From Anaeramoeba ignava BMAN (lineage: Eukaryota > Protista > Anaeramoebae), in contig JAPDFW010000025.1 in NCBI GenBank assembly GCA_028826165.1, forward strand, positions 1 through 64,000: a stretch of 64,000 nt of DNA. Direction: 5' to 3'. Shown here in pieces: positions 1 to 11,633 of this stretch (position 1 is the stretch's first letter; each line of letters begins with the position of its first letter). The notes beneath the pieces were generated by a model. The model searched no databases. It was given only the letters and a program-made list of their open reading frames with translations, and was not told where the DNA came from. The translations under genes and the position numbers were made by a program.

Positions 1-1082
1 ATAAGTAATAATTTTTAAACCTTTTTCTTCTTATAATTTTGGTAATTTGAGGATCATTTCTCAATTCATTTTGATTTCCAACAAGAATAAATGGAACATG
101 AGGGCAATTCTTTTTAATTTCAGGAACCCATTTAGAAATAACACTGTCGAAAGAAATGGAGTTTATAATTGAAAAACAAATTAAAACAAAATGAGTGTCA
201 GGATAAGTGAACTTTCTGAATTCTTCATATTCTTCTTTTCCTGTTGTATCAAATATATTCAAAACATATATTCTTTTTCTTGGGATTCAATTTCAACAAC
301 AAAATTCTCACAAATTTCTGGAATTTCTTGATCTGAAAATTCATCCACTTTAAAATTATATAACATTTCGGTTCTTTGAGAGTTATCATCACCAACAACA
401 ACACATTTGATTTTAAAATCTTTGCGATTCTTCTTTTATTTTTGTTTTTCTTCTTTTATTTTTTGCTTTTTTTTCTTTTTTTGGAATAAACCATTTTTGT
501 GATTTTTGGTAATTCAAACCAACTCGAACAGCTTGATCATCAAAAATTGTTTTGATACCTTTTTGGGTTTGGGAGAACATTCCAAATATTTAACTGCTTT
601 TTATTTTTGCCAGTTCAAGTCCCCTCTTCATGACTTATTAGATGAGTTCCTCTTTGTTTCAAATCCTTGATCATTTCTAGATCATCTCTTAATTCCACTC
701 GATTTCCAACAAGAATAACTGGAACACCTTCAATATAATGCCTCATTTCACCTGCCCATTTAGTGACAATATTAGTATATGAGGAATGATTATCAATCGA
801 AAAAAACATCAAAACTACACTCGAATTTGGATAAGATAAAGGCCTTAAACTATCATATTCTTCTAATCCTGATGTTTGAAATAGGGACAACTCAATTTCT
901 TCATTATCAACATTTAATTTCACAGAAAAATTCTCAAAAACTGTTTGAATGTATCCTTCTGGATATTTTTTTTCAAGATAACTTATTAAAATCTCATTTT
1001 GTCCAACTTTGGAATCACCAACAAGAACACACTTTACTACTGGTGTGTCTCTCTCCTTAACAACATCGTTTTGATTATTCAA
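1..1082 (-). pseudogene. Tandem (two-domain) Rho/Rac-like GTPase, frameshifted; runs off window start
   Basis: ORF 615-1082 has Rho motifs (KCVLVGD, Y.QTVFENF, EEYDSLRPLSYP, KW..E..HY..GVPVILVGN). A second Rho domain is readable at ~1-420 (KCVVVGD, IFDTTGKEEYEEFRKFTYPDT, KWVPEIKKNCPHVPFILVGN). Several frameshifts/stops and a TTG start: pseudogene or poor consensus. Confidence 0.7.
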
Positions 1083-1205
1083 AATGGAAAAATGAAAAAA
1101 AATTTTTTTGGATTTTGATTTTAATTTTAATTTTAATTTTGATTTTGATTTTAATTTATTTGAAAATAATTAATTCCAATTTGAATTTCATCAATAATTT
1201 CTTTT

Positions 1206-3014
1206 TTAAAAAATTAAACATTTTTCTTTCTTTTTTTGATTTTGATTTTGATTATTAAATTTCTTAATTAATAAATCTAATAAATTTGGATTTGTTTGAT
1301 TTAATTGAAAATAATCAATTCCAATTTGAATTTCATCAATTATTTCTTGTGTAATTTTAATTTCATCTTTAATTTGATTTGAATAAATCCAATATTCAAA
1401 TATTTGAAATGATTTATTACTTAATTCACTATAATCTGTAACTTTATTAGAAGTATCATTTATTACAGATAAAAACATTCCTCGATATAATTCACTTCTC
1501 ATTATTAATATTAATTTAGGAAATTTATATTGTTTTTCTTTTCTTTCGATAATAAAATCTTTTCCATTTTCATTTTCATTTTCATTTAAATAAATTCTTT
1601 TCATTGTTTCTTCAATTTTTTCATTTAAATTTATAATTTCTTTGATTTCGGAATATAATTTTGGATTTATTATTTTGTTTGAATAAATCATTTCAAATAT
1701 TTGATTTGATTCTTTAATTGATTTTTTTGAAATAATTTCTTGAAGTTTTTCATTTTGATTTTGATTTTGATTTAATCTATATTTCAATATTAATTTATGA
1801 GCTTTGATTATTTCTCCATTTTCTGTTTTAAATGAAATATCACAAAATTCTTTTCTTCTAAATAATTTTATCAAATCTTCTTCAAGATTGGAAAAAGAAG
1901 GAGGAGAATAATAAAGAAATGAATTATCATCACCACAAGAAATATGATAATTAGAAATATTTTCATTAAATCTTAATTTAGGAAGTTCAATTTGAATTGG
2001 AATTGATTGTGTTTTTGTATCTCCAGTTCCTAATTGACCATATAAATTTCCTCCAAATCCAATTAATTTTGAATTAGAAGTTAAAATCAAAGTATGATCA
2101 TATCCAACAGAAAAATCAAGAATATTATCATTTTCAAATAAAGATGATTTGATTTCAGTAAATTCATAAACATCTTCATATTTTCCAAGTCCATTACATT
2201 CACAAAATCCACATGAATAAAGTTTTCTTTTTGGATTTTCATTTTGATCTTCATCTTCAATCAACATTATTGAATGTTGATCTCCACATTGAATATCAAT
2301 TATTTCACCTTTTGGAATATTTTGGATTTTGGTTAATTTTTTGATTTTTCTTTCATTTCTTGATTCTCCTAATCCAAGTTGACCATATCTATTATCACCA
2401 CATCCAAATAATTCTTGATTTGAATTTAAAAGAAAAAATGATAATGAACAATTTCCTGAAAATATTTTAGAAACATTTTTCATCATTAAAATTGGTTTTT
2501 CTGTTTTATAAAGTGTTTCAGAATCAAAACCAAGTTGACCATATTCATTTGAGCCAATTCCATAAGCATTTTGATTTGAAGTTAATAAATAAATTGAATT
2601 ATCTCCAGAAACAATATCTTCAATTATTCTATCATTTGTATCTTCAATTAATGATGAAATATTGATGAATTCATTTGGATTTTTTGGATTAATATCTTCT
2701 CCTTTGGCAAATACATTTCCTTCTATTGTTAAAATAGCTTGACTTTCATTACCAACAGTTACTTTTTGAATATTTTCTTTAATTTGGATTTTTTCAGTAT
2801 TTTGTTTTAACCATTTTTCATTTAAATATTCTATTGCTTTTCCATTTTTAAAAAGGAAAATTTTTGAGTAATTTGACAATGAAATTTGTTTAATTTGTTT
2901 TTCATTTTCATTTTCATTTTCAAATTTAAATTGAATTGGTTTTGTTATTTTATCTGGTTCATTTTTTATAAGTTTTGGTGATTGATTCCAACCAAAAAAT
3001 AAAATTTCATTCAT
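1206..3014 (-). CDS. RCC1-repeat beta-propeller + two BTB/POZ-like domains, intronless
   Basis: RCC1 motifs (GSNEYGQLG, GDNRYGQLGLG, VGYDHTLIL, GGNLYGQLGTGD). C-terminal FCDISF...KAHKLILK and KDFII...KLILIMRSELYRGMF BTB signatures. Confidence 0.9.
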   Translation of the reverse strand: MNEILFFGWNQSPKLIKNEPDKITKPIQFKFENENENEKQIKQISLSNYSKIFLFKNGKAIEYLNEKWLKQNTEKIQIKENIQKVTVGNESQAILTIEGNVFAKGEDINPKNPNEFINISSLIEDTNDRIIEDIVSGDNSIYLLTSNQNAYGIGSNEYGQLGFDSETLYKTEKPILMMKNVSKIFSGNCSLSFFLLNSNQELFGCGDNRYGQLGLGESRNERKIKKLTKIQNIPKGEIIDIQCGDQHSIMLIEDEDQNENPKRKLYSCGFCECNGLGKYEDVYEFTEIKSSLFENDNILDFSVGYDHTLILTSNSKLIGFGGNLYGQLGTGDTKTQSIPIQIELPKLRFNENISNYHISCGDDNSFLYYSPPSFSNLEEDLIKLFRRKEFCDISFKTENGEIIKAHKLILKYRLNQNQNQNEKLQEIISKKSIKESNQIFEMIYSNKIINPKLYSEIKEIINLNEKIEETMKRIYLNENENENGKDFIIERKEKQYKFPKLILIMRSELYRGMFLSVINDTSNKVTDYSELSNKSFQIFEYWIYSNQIKDEIKITQEIIDEIQIGIDYFQLNQTNPNLLDLLIKKFNNQNQNQKKKEKCLIF

Positions 3015-3150
3015 TTTTGAAAAAGAAAAAAATGAAAAAATGATTTTTGGAATTTTAATTTTAATTTTAATTTTAATTTTAATTTTAATTTTAATTTTAA
3101 TTTTAATTTTAATTTTAATTTTAATTTTGATTTTGATTTTGATTTTAATT

Positions 3151-4902
3151 TTAATTATTAAATTTTTTAATTAATAAATCAAATAAATTTGGTTTTGTTT
3201 GATTTAATTGAAAATAATCAATTCCAATTTTAATTTCATCAATTATTTCTTGTGTAATTTGAATTCCTTTTTTAATTTGATTTGAATAAATCCAATATTC
3301 AAATATTTGAAATGATTCATTGCTTAATTCACTATAATCTGTAACTTTATTTGAAGTATCATTTGTAACAGATAAAAACATTCCTCGATATAATTCACTT
3401 CTCATTATTAATATTAATTTATGAAATTTATATTGTTTTTCTTTTCTTTCAATTATAAAATCTTTTTCATTTTCATTTAAATAAATTCTTTTCATTGTTT
3501 CTTCTATTTTTTCATTTGAATTTATAATTTCTTTAATTTCTGAATATAATTTTGGATTTACTTTCTTGTTTGAATAAATCATTTCAAATATTTGATTAGA
3601 TTCTTTAATTGATTTTTTTGAAATAATTTCTTGAAGTTTTTCAATTTCATTTTCATAATCTTTTAATCTATATTTCAATATTAATTTATGAGCTTCAATT
3701 ATTTCTCCATTTTCTGTTTTAAATGAAATATTACAAAATTCTTTTCTTCTAAATAATTTTATCAAGTCTTCTTCAAGTCTAGAAAACCATGACAAAAAGA
3801 GAAAAGATTTTTCATAACCACAAGAAAGATGATAATTGGAAATTTCTTCATTAAATTTTAATTTAGGAAGTTCGATTTGAATTGGTCTTAATTTATATCT
3901 AGCTTTTGCAGCATTTAATTGCCCATAAAAATTACTTCCAAAACCGATCATCTTTCCTTGTGATGTTAAAATCAAAGTATGAGCATGACCAACAGAAAAA
4001 TCAAGAATATCATCATTTTCAAATAAAGGTGATTTGATTTCAGTAAATTCATAAGTATGTTCATATTCGTCTCTTTTTCCAAGCCCGTTATACAATCGAT
4101 AACCTTGTGAATACACTTTTTTAACTGGATTTTGTTCGAAATCAAATTCTTCAATCAACATTACTGAGTGATAATTTCCAGATTGAATATCAATTATTTT
4201 GCCTTTTGGAATATTTTGTAGTTTCTTGAATTTGTCATCTATAGAACCCCAATGACTAGAATAACCTCCAAGGAAATCATATTCATTTCCAAATAATTCT
4301 TGATTTGAATCCAAAAGAAAAACACAATGTGAGAAATTTCCTGAAAATATTTTAGAAATATTTTTCATCATTAAAACTGGTTTTTGTGTTTGTTCAAAAG
4401 TTTTTGAATCAATTTGTCTATATTTCTTTGAATCAATTTCATAAGCATTATGATTTGAAGTTAATAAGTAAATTGAATTAGCTCCACCAACAATATCTTC
4501 AATTATTCTATCATTTGGATCATCAATTAATGATGAAATATTGATAAATTGATATGGATTTTCTGAATTTATATCTTTTCCTTTTGCAAATACAATTCCT
4601 TCTGATGTTAAAACAGATTCATTCTCTTCCCCATTAGTTATTTTTTGAATATTTGCAAATTCAATTTCTTCAGGATTTTGCTTTGAATTTTCTTCATTTA
4701 AATATTTAATTGCTTTTCCATTTTCAAAAAGGAAAATTGTTGAAAATTTTGATGTTGAAATTTGTTTAAGTTGATTTTGATTTTGATTTTGATTTTCATT
4801 TTCATTTTCAAATTGAATTTTCGTAAATGGTATTATTGATTTCAATTCACTTTTTAAAAGTTTTTGATTTTCATTTAAACCACAAAACCAAATTTCATTC
4901 AT
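3151..4902 (-). CDS. RCC1-repeat + BTB protein, more diverged paralogue
   Basis: Same architecture as 1206-3014. BTB half nearly identical, several RCC1 GQLG motifs eroded. Confidence 0.88.
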   Translation of the reverse strand: MNEIWFCGLNENQKLLKSELKSIIPFTKIQFENENENQNQNQNQLKQISTSKFSTIFLFENGKAIKYLNEENSKQNPEEIEFANIQKITNGEENESVLTSEGIVFAKGKDINSENPYQFINISSLIDDPNDRIIEDIVGGANSIYLLTSNHNAYEIDSKKYRQIDSKTFEQTQKPVLMMKNISKIFSGNFSHCVFLLDSNQELFGNEYDFLGGYSSHWGSIDDKFKKLQNIPKGKIIDIQSGNYHSVMLIEEFDFEQNPVKKVYSQGYRLYNGLGKRDEYEHTYEFTEIKSPLFENDDILDFSVGHAHTLILTSQGKMIGFGSNFYGQLNAAKARYKLRPIQIELPKLKFNEEISNYHLSCGYEKSFLFLSWFSRLEEDLIKLFRRKEFCNISFKTENGEIIEAHKLILKYRLKDYENEIEKLQEIISKKSIKESNQIFEMIYSNKKVNPKLYSEIKEIINSNEKIEETMKRIYLNENEKDFIIERKEKQYKFHKLILIMRSELYRGMFLSVTNDTSNKVTDYSELSNESFQIFEYWIYSNQIKKGIQITQEIIDEIKIGIDYFQLNQTKPNLFDLLIKKFNN

Positions 4903-4972
4903 TTTCTTTTTTTATTTTTTAATTTTTAATTTTTTGAAAAAGAAAAAAATGAAAAAAAAAATTATTGAAATT

Positions 4973-7900
4973 TTAATTTTTTGAAAAAGATTTGGAATAA
5001 AAATCAACTAAATAAGATCCTAAAATTGATTTTTGATTTAATTGATAAAAATCTTTTAAATCAGTAAATTCTTCAATATTTTCTTTGTTTAATTTTGTTT
5101 CATCAATTTTATCATTATAAAGAAAATAAATTAATTGTTGAATTGTTTCAAATGATTTTCCTGAATATTCATGAACTTGATTTGATGAATCATTAACACT
5201 TAAAAACATTCCTTTAAATAATTCACTTCTTATTTGTAATATTAATTTATGAACTTTAATTTCTTTTTCTTCAACAATTATTGTAAAATCTTTAGTTTCA
5301 TTTTGTTGATAAAATTGTTCAAAATCTTTTAATATTCCTTTTATTCCTTCTTTTTCTTTAATCCAATTTAAATCAAATCCTGTTTGTTCAAATAAATCAT
5401 AAATTAATCCTTTTTTAAATTCTTCTTTTTCATTTTCAATTTCATTTAAAAATAATTCTTGTTCTTTTTTTTGTTTTTCAAATTCAATTTGATTTGAAAA
5501 TAAAAATTGGAAATTTGAATCAATTTGTGAATTGTTTTGAATAAATTTTTGATTAAATTTTTGAATAAATTTATCAAAATCAATAAATCCTGTATAAAGA
5601 AAATTTAATGAAAATTGAATAATTTCTTTTGGTTTTCTTCTGCAAATATTGATAAATCTTGTTAAAGTTTTTTGATTATTATTAAATCTAATTAATAAAA
5701 TTTGTTTATGAACATTAATTATTTCACCATCATTACTTTTAATTTCAATATCTTTAAATTCATTTGATTTCAAAAAATTGTTTAAATCATCAATAAATGA
5801 ATAAATTTTTGGAAATAAATCAATTATTTCTTGATTAATTTCATTTTTTTTCAATTCAAAAATATTCAAATATCTCATTAATAGAATTATAATTTCTTTT
5901 GAATATTGGTTTTTCAAAGCAATATGTAAAGGTATTTCATTTAGATTATTTTTTGAATTAATATCAGATCCTTTGGAAATTAATAATTCAATAATTTCAT
6001 TTGAATATTTATTTTTCAAAGCAATATGTAAAGGTATTTCATTTTCATTATTTTTTGAATTAATATCAAAACCTTTGGAAATTAATAATTCAATAATTTC
6101 ATTTTTGCAATATGTACTTTGGAAAGGTATTTCATTCATTGAATTTGATTTTTCAAAGCAATATTTTGATTAATATTTTTTTGATTTTGAAAGCAATATT
6201 TAAAGGTATTTCATTCCATGTGTTTTTTGAATTAATATCAGAACCTTTGGAAATTAATTCAATAATTTCTTTTGAATATTTATTTTTCAAAGCAATATGT
6301 AAAGGTATTTCATTTTGATAATTTTTTGAATTAAGATCAGATCCTTTGGAAATTAATAATTCAATAATTTCTTTTGAATATTTATTTTTCAAAGCAATAT
6401 GTAAAGGTATTTCATTTTGATAATTTTTTGAATTAAGATCAGAACCTTTGGAAATTAATAATTTAATAATTTCTTTTGGATATTTATTTTTCAAAACAAT
6501 ATGTAAAGGTATTTCATTTTCATTATTTTTTGAATTAAGATCAGATCCTTTGGAAATTAATAATTCAATAATTTCTTTTGGATATTTATTTTTCAAAGCA
6601 ATATATAAAGGTATTTCTTTTTGATAATTTTTTGAATTAATATCAGAACCTTTGGAAATTAATTCAATAATTTCATTTGAATATTGATTTCTCAAAGCAA
6701 TATGTAAAGGTATTTCATTTTGATAATTTTTTGAATTAATATCAGAACCTTTGGAAATTAATAATTTAATAATTTCATTTGGATATTTATTTTTCAAAGC
6801 AAAATGTAAAGGTATTTCATTTTGATAATTTTTTGAATTAATATTAGAACCTTTGGAAATTAATAATTCAATAATTTTATTTGGATATTTATTTTTCAAA
6901 GCAATATGTAAAGGTATTTCATTTTCATTATTTTTTGAATTAATATCAGATCCTTTGGAAATTAATAATTTAATAATTTCATTTGGATATTTATTTTTCA
7001 AAGCAATATGTAAAGGTATTTCATTTTGATAATTTTTTGAATTAATATTAAAATCTTTGGAAATTAATAATTTAATAATTTCATTTGGATATTTATTTTT
7101 CAAAGCAATATGTAAATGTATTTCTATAATTTCATTTTGGATATTTATTTTTCAAAGCAATATGTAAATGTATTTCATTTTGATTATTTTTTGAATTAAT
7201 ATTAGAACCTTTTGAAATTAATAATTCAATAATTTTATTTGGATATTTATTTTTCAAAGCAAAATGTAAAGGTATTTCTTTTCCATCTATTTTTGAATTA
7301 ATATCAGATCCTTTGGAAATTAATAATTCAATAATTTCATTTGGATAGTTATTTTTCAAAGCAATATATAAAGGTATTTGATTTTGATTATTTTTTGAAT
7401 TAATATCAGATCCTTTGGAAATTAATAATTTAATAATTTCATTTGGATTTTGGTTTTTCAAAGCAATATGTAAAGGTATTTCATTCTGATTATTTTTTGA
7501 ATTAATATCAGATCCTTTGGAAATTAATAATTCAATAATTTCATTTGGATTTTGGTTTCTCAAAGCAATATGTAAAGGTATTTCATTCCAATCATTTTTT
7601 GAATTAATATTAGAACCTTTGGAAATTAATAATTCAATAATTTCATTTGGATATTTATTTTTCAAAGCAATATGTAAAGGTATTTCATTCCAATAATTTT
7701 TTGAATTAATATTAGAACCTTTGGAAATTAATGATTCAATAATTTCATTTGAATAATTGTTTTTCAAAGCAATATGTAAAGGTATTTCATTTTCATAATT
7801 TTGTGAATTAATATCAGATCCTTTGGAAATTAATAATTTAATAATTTCATTTGGATATTTATTTTTCAAAGCAAAATGTAAAGGTATTTCATTTTGATTA

Positions 7901-9741
7901 TTTTTTGAATTAATATCAAAATCTTTGGAAATTAATAATTCAATAATTTCATTTGGATTTTGGTTTCTCAAAGCAATATGTAAAGGTATTTCTTTTTGAT
8001 TATTTTTTGAATTAATATTAGAACCTTTGGAAATTAATAATTCAATAATTTCATTTGGATATTTATTTTTCAAAGCAATATGTAAAGGTATTTCATTTTG
8101 ATTATTTTTTGAATTAATATCAGAACCTTTGGAAATTAATAATTCAATAATTTCATTTGGATGTTTATTTTTCAAAGCAATATGTAAAGGTATTTCATTT
8201 TAATAATTTTTTGAATTAATATTAGAACCTTTGGAAATTAATAATTCAATAATTTCATTTGGATTTTTATTTTTCAAAGCAATATGTAAAGGTATTTCAT
8301 TTTGATAATTTTTTGAATTAATATTAGAACCTTTGGAAATTAATAATTCAATAATTTCATTTGGATATTTATTTTTCAAAGCAATATGTAAAGGTATTTC
8401 ATTTTCATTATTTTTTGAATTAATATTAGAACCTTTGGAAATTAATAATTCAATAATTTTATTTGAATATTTATTTTTCAAAGCAATATGTAAAGGTATT
8501 TCATTCCATTTATTTTTTGAATTAATATCAGATCCTTTAGAAATTAATAATTCAATAATTTCATTTGGATATTTATTTTCCAAAGCAATATGTAAAGGTA
8601 TTTTATTTTCATAATTTTTTGAATTAATATCAGAATCTTTGGAAATTAATAATTTAATAATTTCATTTGAATATTGATTTTCCAAAGCAATATGTAAAGG
8701 TATTTTATCCAGATAATTTTTTAAATTAATATCAAAATCTTTGGAAATTAATAATTCAATAATTTTATTTGGATATTTATTTTTCAAAGCAATATGTAAA
8801 GGTATTTCATTTTCATAATTTTTTGAATTAATATTAGATCCTTTGGAAATTAATAATTCAATAATTTTATTTGAATATTTATTTTCCAAAGCGATATGTA
8901 AAGGTATTTCTTTTTCATTATTTTTTGAATTAATATTAGAACCTTTGGAAATTAATAATTCAATAATTTCATTTGGATTTTTATTTTTCAAAGCAATATG
9001 TAAAGGTATTTCATTTTCATAATTTTTTGAATTAATATTAGAACCTTTGGAAATTAATAATTCAATAATTTTATTTGAATATTTATTTTTCAAAGCAATA
9101 TGTAAAGGTATTTCATTCAGATAATTTTTTGAATTAATATCAGAACCTTTGGAAATTAATAATTCAATAATTTTATTTGAATATTTATTTTTCAAAGCAA
9201 TATGTAAAGGTATTTTATCCAGATAATTTTTTAAATTAATATCAAAATCTTTGGAAATTAATAATTCAATAATTTCTTTTGGATATTTATTTTTCAAAGC
9301 AATATGTAAAGGTATTTCATTTTCATTATTTTTTGAATTAATATCAGAATCTTTTGAAATTAATAATTCAATAATTTCATTTGAATAATTGTTTTTCAAA
9401 GCAATATGTAAAGGTATTTCATTCCATTTATTTTTTGAATTAATATCAGATCCTTTAGAAATTAATAATTCAATAATTTCTTTTGAATAATTGTTTTCCA
9501 AAGCAATATGTAAAGAATTGTTTCCATATTTATCAACCCAATTTAAATTTGTTTCTTTTTCAATAAGTTTTTGAATAATTTCTTTTTTTGATTTATGTTC
9601 AAAAGCATAATTTAGAAAAGGTTCATTTTCTTTTTCAATTTGTTTTGTTGTTTTCAAAGTTTGAATTGAATCAAAGAATTCAGTGTTATTTGTTTTAATT
9701 GCTTCATAAACTTGTTCTAATTGATATTTTTTGTCAATCAT
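4973..9741 (-). CDS. Ankyrin-repeat (~37 x 99 bp) + two BTB domains; interrupted by an in-frame TAA and frameshifts
   Basis: Four collinear ORFs (8200-9741, 7132-8175, 6153-7103, 4973-6139) of the repeat INSKNxxNEIPLHIALKNKYPNEIIELLISKGSD, ending in BTB motifs (INVHKQILLIR; KDFTIIV..KVHKLILQIRSELFKGMF). In-frame TAA at 8200-8202; frameshift/deletion near 7105-7140 and 6100-6180. Pseudogene or assembly error cannot be distinguished. Confidence 0.8.
5880..9540 (-). repeat. 99-bp coding tandem repeat array (ankyrin), ~37 copies
   Basis: Near-identical caaagcaatatgtaaaggtatttc...ttggaaattaataattc units at 99-bp period. Confidence 0.95.
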
Positions 9742-9814
9742 TATTTTAATTTTTTGAAAAAGAAAAAAATGAAAATTTATTTTTTCATTTTTTTTTCATT
9801 TTTTTTTTATTAAA

Positions 9815-11508
9815 ATGCAAAATTCAAATTCAAGTAAAAAGAAAAAATCTTCAATAATTTTAGAAGATGAAACAAGAATCAAACGAATTCGAAATAAAAA
9901 TGAAATTCCAAATGAAAAGAAAACAAATCCAAATGAAATTAAAATTAAAATTAAAATTCCAAATGAAAATGAAAATGAAAATTTAATTCAAAATCAAATT
10001 CAAAATTTTGTTGAAAATTTAATTCCAAATGGAAATAGAAATGAGAATTCAAATGAAAATTTAATTCAAATTCAAGATTTATTTCCAAATGGAAATGGAA
10101 ATGGAAATGGAAATGAAAATAACCAAATTCAAATATTAAATCAAATTGAAAATGAAATTCAAATTGAAAATGGAAAATATAAAGAAAAAATTATTCAAGA
10201 AAATAACGAATTTCAAAAGAAAAAAGAAATTCAATCATTTAAACCAAAAATCGATTCACAAAGAGATTTACAATTTTTTGGAAATGAATATTCAGATTCC
10301 AATGGTAGTAATTTATTAAATTTGCTTTGAATAAATGAAATCAAAATTTAAACAAAAATCAAAATTTTAAATTTGAACACAAGAATCACTTGAAGATTCA
10401 ATCAAATCTATGAAAAGATTTCCAACAAAGAAAGGAATTCAAAAAAATTCATTGTTTCTTTTACAAAAATTAACAAAAAAAAATGAAAGTAAACAAAAAT
10501 GTTTCTTAATCTCATTGTTTCTTTTAAGAAATAATTCTCAAAATCAACAAAAATTCAATTTTATTCCAAAAAAAATAATTTAAAATAGCAAATACCAAAA
10601 AAATCAATAAATTGTTTGGAATTGAAACAATTATCAGATCGATGCATAACTTTCCAAATAATCAAAATATTCAAAAATATGGATGTGGAGTTTTATCTAA
10701 TATTGCCATTTATCATGGTAATAAAAAAAAAGCAATTCAAGTCTATTTAATCTGATTTAATAATAAATAAAAAATAGAAAATCGAGAAAAAATCAGAAAT
10801 TTTGATGGAATTGATATAATTCTCAAATCAATGAATAATTTTCCAAATAATAAAGATATTCAAAAATATGGATGTAAAGCTTTATCTAATATTGCTATTG
10901 ATTCATGTAAATCAAAAAATCCAAAACCAAAAAATTATTCAAAAAATTAATCAAAAAATTTAAAATCAAAAGTGAATCAAAAAGAGATTAGAATATTGAA
11001 AGGTATTGAAACTATAATAACAGCAATGAATAATTTTTCAAATGATATAGTTATTCAACATCAAGGTTTTAGAGCTTTAATAAATATTGCTTTTGATAAT
11101 GAAAGTAATAAACTCAACAGAATTCAATTCAATTTAAAAAATTTAAATTCATCTAAAAATTAAAAATTAAAAAAAAAAAAAGAAAACCAAAACGAGATTA
11201 GAATTTTACAAGGAATTCAAACCATTCTTAAAATAATGAATAATTTCCCAAATAACCAAAATATCCAATATCGAGGATGTTTGATTTTATGGAATATGTC
11301 TTTTGATCATCGTAAAAAAAAACAATCAAATTATTTTTTTGATAATAATTTTTTGTAATTTAAATTCTTAAAAAAACAAAAAGAAAATAAGCACGAAATC
11401 AAAAGATTTAATGGGATTAATCTTATAAAAAAAGCACTTGAAAATTTTCCAAATGATCATGATATCCAAGAACAAGGAAAATCTGCTCTTGAAAATTTAA
11501 AAAAATAA
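9815..11508 (+). CDS. Armadillo-repeat protein (LRRK2-ARM/aardvark-like repeats), multi-exon
   Basis: After the N/E/Q-rich ORF 9815-10330, spliced exons encode repeats GIETIIRSMHNFPNNQNIQKYGCGVLSNIA, GIDIILKSMNNFPNNKDIQKYGCKALSNIA, etc. Stop TAA 11506-11508. Confidence 0.8.
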
Positions 11509-11633
11509 ATCAGAATTATTTATTTTAATTTTAATTTTAATTTTATAAATGAATTTTAATTTGGATTTTAATTTTAATTTTATTTTTGATTTGAATTTTA
11601 ATTTTAATTTTAATTTTAATTTTAATTTTAATT

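Noticed and set aside
8200-8202. In-frame TAA suggesting TAA=Gln reassignment
   Set aside because: TAA ends most genes in the window and no conserved ORF contains internal TAA/TAG. More likely a mutation or consensus error.
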